Below are positions 53,201 through 64,000 of a stretch of 64,000 bases of DNA, piece after piece. This DNA comes from Lingula anatina. Lineage: Eukaryota; Animalia; Brachiopoda. Numbering within the stretch: position 1 is the first letter of the stretch; each line of letters starts with the position of its first letter. The position numbers and the translations under genes were made by a program. The notes under the pieces were generated by a model, which saw nothing but the letters and a program-made list of their open reading frames with translations, ran no database searches and was not told where the DNA came from. The DNA lies in the NCBI GenBank assembly GCA_051362555.1, contig CM120649.1:16754567-16818566 (forward strand). Direction: 5' to 3'.

Positions 53201-53219
53201 AGAGAGCGCCACTGAATAA
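25371..53219 (+). CDS. Large MUC4/SUSD2/mesh-like type I membrane protein (signal, EMI, EGF, D8C, cbEGF, NIDO, AMOP, vWD, cadherin-like, EGF repeats, furin-type site, TM, acidic tail)
   Basis: Exons: 25371-25456 (signal); 26464-26574, 28340-28458 (EMI, HVC...CCEGW..C); 28803-28898 (EGF); 29114-29320, 29697-29861 (D8C, DPC..CD..WY..CGT..YCF); 30139-30219; 30610-30735, 31205-31330 (cbEGF); 32220-32416, 33985-34149, 34420-34537, 35159-35307, 36229-36316, 36829-37002 (NIDO: [24 protein letters not shown]); 37603-37774, 38148-38325, 38762-38882 (AMOP: CPC..QARWD, C.GYRPP); 39326-39460, 40058-40317, 41924-42092, 42485-42739 (vWD); 43266-43495; 43925-44037, 44393-44592, 44772-44888, 45190-45309, 45501-45629, 45888-46010, 46671-46793 (EGF/cbEGF); 47115-47218, 47777-47883, 48187-48380; 49321-49528 (TM); 52202-52599; 52981-53219. 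All junctions are GT-AG. Confidence 0.9.
26850..27028. mobile_element. Foldback MITE family, copy 4 (5' truncated)
   Basis: cctactgaagctgtta...tagcagcttcagtaggcgtgccagacatc hairpin, ending gatggggtc like copy 1. Confidence 0.7.
27545..27882. mobile_element. TTAA-flanked MITE (Kolobok-like), copy 1
   Basis: ttaa|aaggataacaactattc ... gaagagttgttatccat|ttaa. The body (ccatacttaccaatggttaatgaatc) is the reverse complement of the 34546 copy. Confidence 0.7.
31842..32049. mobile_element. Foldback MITE family, copy 5 (diverged, probably reverse orientation)
   Basis: caccccattctcatag...ggatcgacc...tagtgagactcccc...gatagatcgatc shares termini and arms with the 39089 copy. Confidence 0.55.
34172..34216. 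repeat. (TAA)n microsatellite
   Basis: Direct reading of taataataa..., intronic. Confidence 0.95.
34546..34853. mobile_element. TTAA-flanked MITE (Kolobok-like), copy 2
   Basis: ttaa|agggataaaaactc ... gagttattatccct|ttaa, homologous to 27545-27882 in the opposite orientation. Confidence 0.75.
39089..39238. mobile_element. Foldback MITE family, copy 6 (truncated)
   Basis: gggaccattctcatag...ggatcgatctatctccctggggagtctcactaaa...tgtcacgcctag...taggcgtgaca. Confidence 0.7.
40537..41773 (+). mobile_element. Decayed Tc1-family transposon in an intron
   Basis: TA|cacacactggacaatagaagtgtcacccc ... ggggtgacacttctattgtccagtgtgtg|TA. Transposase remnants: [51 protein letters not shown], with stops and deletions. 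Confidence 0.95.
44174..44208. repeat. (GATA)n microsatellite
   Basis: Direct reading. Confidence 0.95.
46150..46386. mobile_element. Probable short Helentron-type non-autonomous fragment
   Basis: ggatccagatggtgatcc core, an acaaa/agacaa microsatellite-like tract, and a terminal hairpin-like aacctccttgtcgaaggtaa. Confidence 0.45.
49562..51175 (-). mobile_element. Decayed Tc1-family transposon in an intron
   Basis: TA|cagacttgacatttaatatggaatattt ... aaatattccatattaaatgtcaagtctg|TA (28-bp TIR). Minus-strand remnant [17 protein letters not shown] matches the Tc1 WPxxSPDLNPIENLW motif; also [21 protein letters not shown]. Confidence 0.88.
51518..52185. mobile_element. GAATG/CATTC-rich interspersed repeat (probable non-autonomous DNA transposon), with a partial inverted copy at about 31440-31717
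   Basis: Starts ataccccgtcacacta and is dense in gaatg/cattc. 51606-51782 aligns with the reverse complement of about 31540-31717 (agtgcatt..ccattcttgt..gcattc.aagtgg.aaa). Confidence 0.55.
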
Positions 53220-53442
53220 TTTTATGCCTGTAAAGCGCCCTCTTAGCTTCGTAAGGCTTGAAGAAACGAGACAAACCGAAATGGCATTTAGTTTAAAAAA
53301 ATGCACACCCGTAGCCAGGGGGATTTGGGGATTAGAAAGAACTCCCCTTTGGCCGAGAAAATGCCCCCTCATGGTAATATTTTATTTAGGTACACGGAGG
53401 TTCCATGGTAAATGGTCCATCTTTACAGAAAAAAAAAAAACT

Positions 53443-53935
53443 GGCTGATGTCGCAGACGACGACCAAGACAGGCCCTACCGGAACGCAGGCTAAGTTCTA
53501 GTGGTTCAAGTGGCAAGTGGCGAAAGTCCTTACGTTTGTTTCTCAATTATAACAGACGTCATTCAAACTTCACCGTCATAAAGTTATAGACACGATGTAT
53601 ATAATTTAACATTAAAAATGTCTTTTAGTTTCATAAAATGTAATGCCATTTATGATTTTATATGTTTGTAAGCTTTCCTGATATTATAAATGTTCTTTAA
53701 ACTTTTCATTTTTTTTCTAAATATGGCCCACCACTGAAGGATACAGATTTTTGTTAATTGCGAACAAGGAAAAATAATATATAAAAATAATACGTATTGA
53801 TAAAGTAATAAAAAAGGCTATTTTCCTATAATATGCAAGGCACAAGGATAAATAACTTTTTGGGTTTGTCTAGTTTCTTATTCACTCACGTTTTTTATGA
53901 AGGAAGATGTGGCTTGCTATATAGTTTTCTATTTC

Positions 53936-53997
<62 letters not shown>

Positions 53998-54245
53998 AGG
54001 TCATTTTTAAGGGTAAGTTTCTCCTTTTAATGCACAATCGGCTAGCGCCTAAAAATTTGTAACGTAAGTGTTTTTGACTTATTAGAAGTAAACCGATAGC
54101 AATGAAAGTGATTTTGTTCCCAAAATGAAGAAAAATCGTAGTTCAGAAAGTAGCATTTTATTGTATAATGAAATAAAAGGAAAATTGCAGAAAAAGCTCA
54201 TTTATTCCTTGTGAACTTATATAACAATTTAAAGTTAAAAAATTC
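53443..54245 (+). pseudogene. Duplicated fragment of the last exon and 3'UTR of the PLAT-ShKT gene (source 23705 to about 24035)
   Basis: ggctgatgtcgcagacgacgaccaagacaggccc...caccgtcataaa...cctgatattataaatgtt aligns with 23705-23945. Homology resumes at 54160 (attgtataa.gaaataaaaggaaaattgcagaaaaagctcattt) after an insert of about 465 bp. Small indels break the frame. Confidence 0.85.
53939..53993. repeat. (TA)n microsatellite
   Basis: Direct reading. Confidence 0.95.
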
Positions 54246-56102
54246 TAAGGTTGAATTACTTTGCCTTTTCCAACATATTTGAACCTTCTCCCTTTGGTTG
54301 ACAAAAATCCATGTACACAGGAGAAATAATCCATTTAATTTAATCTGTATGACAGCATGAAGCACGTCTTCATCAAAACACACAAAATGCATGTATGTAT
54401 AGTAAAAAAATAAAAACCATGCAAATATCCATTTCCGAGTATAATAGCTTTAACTGATGTACAAAATTTCAAAATATGTCTTAATTAACAGCAACGAAAA
54501 AGCAAAAATTGCGGACGGAGTCGTAACATTATGTATCGTTGGTATATAGCTACAACACGTGTAACATTATGTAGACAAAATGTTATATTTGGTGAAATAA
54601 AAATTATACATCCAAATTATTAACATCAACTGTTAACATCAATATCAAATTATATATCTCTCAAAACACAGTTGAAGTTGACTGAATATATGCCTCTACA
54701 ATGTACACTATATATCTCAGAGTTGTTGTAGTATTACCACAGCGTCTTAAAATACAAACAAAATTGTATTGTTCAAAATAGTGGCTCTTTGCGTTCTCTC
54801 CTTACAACTTATTCTCCACCAGAAATCAACTAAATGATGACGTCATTATGCAAATATTCTGACTGGACGGCACGGATTCATATAGATTGTTTCTTGATTT
54901 TTTTACTTAATGCTTTTTTTTCACGATTCTCACCTTATACCTAATGTACCAGTAGTTTGGTTTTATCACTAGGTGAGGGAAATCAATCAAGTTTGGCGAA
55001 TGCAAAGTTTCGTAATGGTATGTTACTATACATATGGCATCAAAGAGTGGCACGTCGAACAAGTACACATTTATTATAATGCAAATATCAAATCACAATA
55101 ACTAATAACAAAATTTATAAATTAAAAATATTTTTCAATAATGCACTAATAAGACTAACTGAAACATTCTCGCGTCTTTTAGTAAGAAACGAGCTGATAA
55201 TTAGGAAAGGTCAAGGCTGGAGAGATGTACGGCAGCATCTAGCTGCGCAATCAAAGTATCATGACTATTGAAATTTGTTTCCTCAACAACGGAAAAATAA
55301 CAATTTAGAAAAGTTTGACTAACATAATTTACATATGACTTGGTAACAAAGGTTTGTACGCCACAAATCGATTCTGTCGCCTCCGTGAAAATCATGGTAG
55401 CTAGAAAGGGCCAACCTCACAAGCCACGAACATTATCTATCGTTATCTATAATTATGATACACACTTTACCTTGTTTTAACTACATTTACAAATACACAC
55501 AAAACTACATTTACAAATACACACAAACAAACAAAAGCTCATTCTAGCTTTAATTCAATCACATTTTGCTTGGATAAATATTTTCAAAAATATTATTTCA
55601 TATGGCATATTGGATTAACATTCATGTGGTGTAAAGTTTACATTTACCACATTAGAACCAATGGGTATTCCGTACGCATAATTATATACCACGTACTTCA
55701 AATTCAAATCTGGCATAAGCCAGGCCTAAACAGAGACTGTATCACAGAAGTAAAATCGACGTCAATGTCAATAATTCTCTTCTATCCTCTATCCATTGTT
55801 CATCGTCACCGTCATTCTTTATCAAATGACACGCATGCAAAAACGTCAATTCATGATAATATTTTGGCACGTTCCATTTTTAAGGCATCGCTGGCCTCAC
55901 GGCGTGCGTTCGCATTTTTCCATATAATATGCAGCTGTTGGAATGATAGCTTGAGCCACAGAACTTCGTAAATACTTCATCTTCAAGAGTATACCCAGTA
56001 CGTGCCGTATAATTACATTCCATTCAATAGTCTTTATAATCAGAAGCATGGCCATAGCCCAGGTTCAGCCCTTATTCGCAATTTTCCTTTTTGATTGCTG
56101 AA

Positions 56103-59100
56103 CTAAATGTCATAAGCAGGTGGCGGTGTTCGTTTGGCACCGTTCCCCCAAGCGTTGCGTGGCGGAGATGAAGGTTTACGGGTTTTATTCCCGACAGCTC
56201 CTGTGCTCTCCTGTATTGGTCTTCCATATTTGTCTTTCTTAACGACATGAGGCGGGGCCACCTCACGACCACCACGTGGTGGTGAATAGCGCCCTCTATC
56301 GTAGTCTCGGCGATCATCGTAGTCTCTGCGGTCGCCGTAGCGCCCTCTATCGTGGTCTCGGCGATCATCGTAGTCTCTGCGGTCGTCGTAGCGCCCTCTG
56401 TCGTAGTCTCGGCGGTCATCATAGTCTCTCCTGTCGCCGTAGCGCCCTCTATCGTAGTCTCGGCGATCATCGTAGTCTCTGCGGTCGTCGTAGCGCCCTC
56501 TGTCGTAGTCTCGGCGGTCATCATAGTCTCTCCTGTCGTCGTAGCGCCTCCTATCGTCGTATCGCCTCGGACTGTCGTGCCGCCTAGGACTATCGTAGCG
56601 TCTATGACTATTGTAATCTCTCCTGTCATCGCGGTCGCGAGGATCCCTGCCTCTCCGATCATCGTAATAGTAGCCATCGTAATCATCATCGTAGTAATCA
56701 TCGCGACCTATTGGACCTGAGACAAGGAAAAAAACTCCATGATATTTTTATTGTAACACTGGTGCATTATTTAAATACATGTAACGTGGTTGGCAGCTCT
56801 TCCAATTTCATGCATCAACAGAATTTATACTGGTACAGGTAATAATAAGATAAATAATGGTCAGCGCACTGAGAAGAATACAAAGTTTTACTGGCACCAC
56901 AAATGTACATGTAAGAGACATACTAGTATTTTACCCAAGGATAACATTGTTATTTGCATGGACCGTTTCATATGAAAATAGCGGTAATGGCACTGGTACA
57001 TGTTAGCAATAACGGAAGTAGACCTACGTTCACTTTTCAAATTAGCAAGCACAGTGTTGGTGGAATTCTTCAAGCAAAATTAGAAAAAAAAAAAAAAACA
57101 ATTTGGATTAGATATTCCTTTCAAAAATAATTACCTCAGGACCCGCTGAAACGTGATTGTTATATGTGAAACGAACCTACCTCTGTTTCGTCTGTCGTCA
57201 TAATCTCGCCCATTCTGGCGTTGCCCTGCTCTGTCGCCACGCTCCCTTTGGTCATAATCGTCGTCATCCTGGAAATCGTCCAAGTTATCTACGTCACTCT
57301 CGATCACCAAGGCATTGGGGTGTGACGGTCGTCTGCCCTTATAGGCTACGGGGATAGCAGCACCGCTTACCATGGGGTACGGTGGGGGCACTTTCCGGTG
57401 GGTGGCCTCAATCCCGTTATCTTCTTCCGGCTCAGGACTTGTGCTCACAACCATAGATTTTGATGCATAATATCTCCTGTAGAAATAAACCCAACTATAT
57501 AAATGAATTTTACGATGCGGGCCCTACCTTTATCTTTTCGACAGCGTTACGGGTATAAAGTAGGCATTATGAACAAATTATCAAGGTTGGATAGTTTCTG
57601 GATTTGTAAATTATACTATATTATAGGGGCCTATGGGGAATCAGGTTTTTCTGGAAATGCGATTTCTTGAAAAAAAGTGGAATTCTCTGACGCAAAAAAA
57701 AAGTAACTGTGCAAACTGTTTAATTGTAAATATGCACGTCTTAAATGTTGAAAGAGAGCGCGGGGAGTTCAAGAAGGCGTGCCACGTCAAGCAGGCTACA
57801 CAAATTGAACTTCAAGTACCGGTATGGATGTATGACTTCCTCATGGAATAAATATTCATCGCCTTAAATGCAACAAATTCTTCCTTATCAAACAACAAAA
57901 CAATATGAATAGACATCTTAATGGGAAAAAATTACCTGACACAAACAGCGATGACGACAATAATGATAATCAGCAGCACGCTTCCACCAATAGCCACTCC
58001 CCATATCCAGTACGTTGACTCCACGTTGTATGAAATCGAGATGACAACCGACGTCGTGGCGTTTGTGGCGTTGGAAGTGACGGGTACCACCAGAAACCCA
58101 AGCTGTGTTATACTGACATTGCCTAGAAATAAAATGTTATATGATAACCAGCGGTATGTTTCGTAAAAGTAAAAATTAGTACTTGCGCTGGGCTTAAACC
58201 TTTGAAATCGAGTAGTCGACTAAGCAAATCGGAGTCATCTGCCATCTCGCGTAAGATACGAGAGAGGCTATCAACATCAGCCGTCACCAGCCACCTATGA
58301 ATAGGGACGGGGGGGGGGGGTGTCGATCTACCTGACATTATAAGAGGGGCCTGGCCCCTATACAACCTAGCGGTCAGTGAGTGTCAACATCAACTCACAT
58401 CAGTCTAATAAAGGCCTACGTCCAGCTTGGCCGTAAGCTATCGGTATGAAAATATTCCGGCTTGTGTTTGATAATTTTCATTGGAAATGATAATTTTCAT
58501 TTCCATTGGTCCCTTACCTAGAGCGATCTGAAGATCTGTCTGCGCGCCCTGCATGACGGCAACCAAATCTGCGGCAGGCAGTATGTTCCCGGTGGCTGTG
58601 AGCACGTAATAGGCCAGATCTATGTAGGTGGGGACATCGCTAGATGTTGCTGGGTAACCTGGCACACGCAGGACGAAGTTGTAGCTAAAGGTAGGGGTAG
58701 AGGTGGACCTCCTGCAAAATAATGTGCGTAATTTCTGTAAACGTTTATTTATAGCAATATAAATTGTATTTTTCTCTGATTCAAAGTGCACTGAAAGTAT
58801 CACTTCTACAATATAGAATTTTGGTAATTGTACATATGCTACGTACTTTACATTATCCAGTACATAAATAACTATGCTAATCAAATAAAGCATAGCAACG
58901 AGTGTACTAGTATCACGCTCAATAGTGAAGAGTAAGCTGGAATATAAGCCTAAAGGGAAGCCGAGAAAACACAGGCCTTAATTCTTTACATATCTAAAAA
59001 CGGTAACTGGCCAATCATATATATATATCGTAAATGGAAAACTTACTATTGCAAGTAAAAATCCCCGTCAAGTCAATTATAATTTATAGATTCTTTGCCA

Positions 59101-62100
59101 AATACAATTTCAAACGTGAGTAGAATCACTATTTCTTATAAACAAATTCCGCATTCAACGATGACATATTGGTAACTGTAAGCGTGCTATATGTAAATGC
59201 CCACCTTCTTCGTGTTGTCGTCGTTCCAGTGATCAAAGTACAGTTCCCTCCAGAGCAGTATGTAGTTGCTGCGGAAGCTATCGTCGTGGCAACCGCCGTA
59301 TCCACGGCAACCGTGTACTGCCCAATAAAAACGAATCAAATATAAATTCTTTTATAACACTGGCCACAGGTTTTTGACCTACCCGATTTTCAAAGTAAAT
59401 ATCTCATTCACTTAGGATATTATTGATATATTTCAGCTGGTTATATCTAACAGGTTATTTGATACTTTCAAAGAGGAAATACAAGTCCAGATTCAGCTTC
59501 ATATTAATAGCCATGGTACAGAAGTTAAATAAAAACAACGACGAACACTACTATTACATAATAGACTTTTAAAGAGCATTTTCAATGTTTATTTTAAGAA
59601 ATTAAATCTGATTTCCTTTCAACAATATCTTTTTATATGCATTCAATATTTAATTTATAGTACAAAGAAGGCGTACAGAGACCTTTATTTATAACTATTT
59701 TAAACATTATTATTATTATTAAGTACTCAGATGATGGCATCATAAACTTACGTCTAATAAAGCCATCAGGGCGGACATTTTAACAGCGTTTTCCCTCTCG
59801 GCTGTGCTTGGAGTCCTGGTCTCCTCGGCGGCAGGCATGACATCATCAGCCAACTCTAAACAGAGCAAATGAAAGCATCAAATGAAAAAATGATCCTGTT
59901 GTTGTGTGAATTTAGAATTTTTCAACGATAAAAGTTTCGAATACTGTTGCATGCTTTAACATTCTAGATTAAGTTATATCCACCTGGAGTGTTCATACAC
60001 ATGCTGTTAACACACATACTTACGTTTACACTGGCCCCCGATATCCACGGTGCCTGTAGGACAGGTACAGTTATATCCACCAGGACTGTTTACACAGGAC
60101 TGTGTGGAATTACACACTGAGTCTAGCTGGTTACATTCATCTATGTCTATAACATGGAAATATTCTATTTTAGTTTAACATATTAGAAGTGTTTGATCCC
60201 CATGTGATCGAATGCATATGTAACCATTCACCATGGAGATGAATAGTGCTCATTATCATCGAGGGGCACCATCAGCAAAAATACATGTATGTACTAATTT
60301 CAATCAGCTCACTTAATGTTGGAACAAGTAAAGATCTAATGTTTATATTAATATATCAGGGAATGGTATTTTATATTCATCTTGCAATACATACAAGTAT
60401 ACAACCAAAAATATTATAAACAAACAAAGTAAAATACAAATAAATATATAAATGAGGTTTAATGAGACAACTTAAAAGTCGGGAAATCAACGTACCTTTG
60501 CAGGTGTAGCCATCAGATGACATGGTGTAGCCTCCGTTACAAGAGCAGTTGTAGGAACCCACAGTATTCACACACTGCTGGTTACATCTGTTCGCGCCGG
60601 TAGAACACTCGTCCTCATCTGCTCATAATAACAGAACAAAATTAAAATGATGTTACTGAAGTAAACATCAAATTGATTGGCTGTTGTTTAGATAGCAGTT
60701 GATATGGGGGGCCTATATATTTTTTCAATACTGCCGTGACAGTTTCAGTAAGATGGTGGCTTCTATTGTTTTTCTACCTCTAATTTAAAAGAGCTGGGCA
60801 AATTGAAATCATATTGACATCCTCTTGCAAATAGCACCTTTAGCTTTGGCACCCTGCGTCTCCATGATAACGTCGCGCGTGCCCAGACGCTCGGTAACTG
60901 TCACTCACCGTTACATTGGGTTCCTCCAGTAAGAGTGTAGCCTTTCTTACAACTACACTGATTGGTTTTGTTCGAATCTACGTAACACCAGCCATTCACC
61001 AGATCACAGCCGATATTAGTGGTGCAAGCCGTGGTCGCTGGAATAGAATAACATTTTGAACATTTCAAACGATGAAGAGGATCGGATATCAGAACAAAAC
61101 CGACAAAAGTGTTAAGACAAAAAGGAAAAATAAATGTTGCCAGTTGCCAATTGTTAGCCCGTGTTGTAAGAACAAGCAACATTTCAAATCAATTTTAAAA
61201 CGCAGATTGTTTATTTTCGTTCTCATTGACACTTTGTACAAACGCCAAGGCTATATACCAGTATAGCCTTTATATCATTTACGAGTAACTGCTTTTTATT
61301 CAAATGTCATGGCAATCAAACGATTAAACGCCATACTTACGAGCACAAGTTTTGCCGTCAGCCTGGAGGGAGAAGGCGGTGTCACACCCACAGGTGTAGG
61401 AACCCTGCGTGTTAATACAGGTCTGAGAGCAGTCACTGGCTGGGACACATTCATTTACATCTGAAATACCGTCGTGTGTACCTTTTACATAAGGTCAACA
61501 GACATTAACCATCTTTTATGAAACAATTTAATTCGAAACAACAGGTCCTTAATTAAAGCTTGTGATGTGATTTAAGTGATTTTAGATTTAAAAAAAGCTG
61601 CTGTAATTTTGTGTTTTCGTTTTATCTGCAAATTTAGTATCAGCGGAGATCCAACACTGCTCACTACTAAATCTCAGTCGAAAGCCTATTTCAAAACCAG
61701 AAACGTGGGCGCTTTCTTTCTACTATTTATATTTACTTATAAAATACATCTACAATAAATGCTGCTTCAAAGTTCGAGTCTCTTTTCACTGATTATATAT
61801 ATCAAACCAGCAAAGGTAAAAGTGCAGACATTTGTCTCTTACCGTCGCAACGCCCTCCAGTGGCCAACTGATGGCCCGTGTAACAAGAGCAAGCGTATGA
61901 TCCCGGAATGTTGACGCAGATGTGCTCACAGCTACTGCCATTCACGCATTCGTTTATATCTGGAAAGATCAAATTGGAACTTTAGGAAATTTCATTTTAC
62001 CATCAAAGCAGGGGTTATCACAATTATTCTGGAACCTTTGCTTGCCATCGGGCCACTTGGACCTTCAGAGATGGCTACCCTCCGAAATAATCTCTTAAAA

Positions 62101-64000
62101 ACTTATTGCAAACCCCAAATAATAATACTAATAAAACACGGACTAAATTTGAATGTCGGAACGTATTCATTCACCATTGGAAACTTTAACCCGAGAAAAT
62201 CAGTTTTATGGCACTTCTCCCGACTACATATAAACAATTGGTATCCCTTTAACAAATCGACCAATAATTACAAGTCCCTGTACACATGTACAATTGTATC
62301 CTTACCGTCGCATGTTTGCCCGTCCCCAGAATACCCTTCAGGACAAGGCCCACACGTGTACCCAGTTATATTGCGTGGTGGGGGGTCATTTTGACAACGA
62401 ACCCCGGGATAACAGGGCTCTGCGTTCTCTGCGCATGCGTCGATATCACTTTCACAGTACGTTCCAGTGTAACTGTCGGGACAAGTGCATTCCATGACGA
62501 TGAAGCTACAGAAATGTATATTGTAGAGTTAAAATCGAATCTATAGGCCCAGGACTACAATGATACCTAAATAGAGCAAATGGTGTCAAATGAGGACAGG
62601 AATGCTAACATAAAGATGGCAATAGGCAATGTGATTGCCGCATTCTCACTCGTGGTGGCATCAATTAATTAATTGCCGACGTCACTCTGCCGCAAAGCGA
62701 TCACAAACATATTAAATGGTATTGTTGTTGCCTCAATATACCTGTAAATTCACCGTCTGACGATCAGTTTCAGTATATATGTGTTCACTGATCTTCAAGC
62801 TCAAGCTCATTCAAACATATAAATACTACCCCGTTAGTAAACATGTGTGTAAGTTTTTGGGAAATAGTCTGAACTCAGTTTTGCATAGATGGTTCTCAAA
62901 GTGACAATTTTGTTGAATAAACTTACTATGAAGACGCTTCTTCCAGTTCGGTAGCTGTGAGTGATGCGCAAGTGCCACCATTTTCACAAGGACAGTATTC
63001 TATCACTGGCTGGTAAGTGCTCCTGGCGTCATTTGGGTCCTACGGGAAATAGATGTACAGTATTCTTGCAAATAGTTAAAACAATATGGAGCAAACAGAA
63101 GGTTTTGATATAACTTCAGCTATTATACATGCATGAATGTATAAGATTCGTTAATTTGTTTGCAAGTTATCTTTTGTTATTTTTTATTATGTATCGCTTT
63201 TTGAATAGTGTTCTTTGAATAATCAAACACACTACGTGTTCCAAGAATAGTTACGTGCATCTTTCTGTAAGCGTTAAAAAAAACACAAATTTGAAATATT
63301 CTAGTGAAAAAGAAATTAATTTGCCCTCTCATACACGGACCACAACACCCACTGTACCTTTGCTATCAACTTTAAATTTAACTCCTCGGAGTAAGAGCTG
63401 ATGAGAATGCCAACGTTAAATTCGTCGCCAGAAACTTGCGATAGGTTGGCAGAAGTAGAACCATTTGTCTCGAGCTGGCATGTGATTGTGTCACCATTTG
63501 CGTCTGACACGTTGGTTGTTATGGTGGTGAATACACCACGCTGGACCTTGTGCGATCTTGGCCCGGTGATTTTTGGCGGGAAATTGTCTATGTGAAAAAG
63601 ACAAAAACTGTTTATTTTATCTTTTTTTTTTAATTATCAATATTAGAAGCTATTTTTCAAGGAAACTTTGCGTAGACCGAACTTGGAGAGAGAATATATG
63701 AAATTTGGGGTGGAAAATTCGTTCGAAGAGGTACATTTTTGAACTTGTGAAAATGATTAAATGCTACTTTAATTACAGTCAGGCTTCAATGGATACTTTA
63801 ATCATAGCTTTAATAGTTAAATGTTAACGATTCACACGTTTGTAGACTAATTTAGCCTAATTTGACGTAATAAAATTATGTAATCTCACCTAATTCGGAC
63901 GAAGCTTTTTCACTGGCAATTTTCTCGCTGAGAGTTACTGCACCAAAACTGAGGTCTCCGGTTTGGGCTATATCAAAGAGGCATGACATATCAGATCCAC
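56103..64000 (-). CDS. 3' half of an inverted paralog of the MUC4/SUSD2-like gene (5' part beyond the window)
   Basis: Exons: 64000-63890 (truncated), 63587-63358, 63039-62927, 62505-62306, 61959-61843, 61460-61341, 61037-60909, 60618-60496, 60146-60024, 59855-59752, 59317-59205, 58711-58518, 58122-57936 (TM), 57476-57181, 56716-56103 (stop TAG). Exon-for-exon match to 42485-53219; for example [31 protein letters not shown] is identical. Confidence 0.92.
56285..56560 (-). repeat. Coding minisatellite encoding ([11 protein letters not shown])n in the paralog tail
   Basis: 15-18-nt units such as cgtagtctcggcgatcat and cgtagcgccctct(a/g)t, with a higher-order period of 51 nt. Confidence 0.9.

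Noticed and set aside
56072-56701. 209-aa Thr/Glu-rich mucin-like ORF (MITTMM...[11 protein letters not shown]) and the antisense ORFs at 56276 and 56352
   Set aside because: Shadow frames of a coding minisatellite. Splice phase and homology to the plus paralog (DDYxDDYDG) identify the YDDRRD frame as the real one.

Overview
Eukaryotic, AT-rich, intron-containing animal genomic DNA (inferred to be an invertebrate, possibly an echinoderm or hemichordate). Most entries in the ORF track are noise or exon fragments; the genes below were built by hand from GT-AG junctions and splice phases. (1) 1.4-9.4 kb, minus strand: three isolated first exons, each encoding a type II membrane anchor plus stem and ending C-x7-|G at a phase-1 donor. 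This resembles exon 1 of beta-1,4-galactosyltransferases (GT7). I found no catalytic exons between them, so they may be variable first exons spliced to a shared catalytic region left of the window. (2) 17.9-23.8 kb, plus strand: an apparently complete type I membrane protein (signal peptide, PLAT/LH2, ShKT, stalk, TM) whose tail is three duplicated phase-2 exons carrying Tyr motifs. (3) 25.4-53.2 kb, plus strand: a roughly 35-exon MUC4/SUSD2-like receptor with the order EMI, EGF, D8C, cbEGF, NIDO, AMOP, vWD (GEPH), cadherin-like, EGF repeats, furin-type site, TM, tail. (4) 56.1-64 kb, minus strand: the 3' half of an inverted, tail-to-tail paralog with a near-identical ectodomain but a different tail (YDDRRD repeats and two PPxY motifs). 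Interspersed are two decayed Tc1 elements, a Helentron-type non-autonomous element, and several MITE families (5-bp, 8-bp and TTAA TSDs, plus a six-copy foldback family). All domain calls are by eye, with no database searches.
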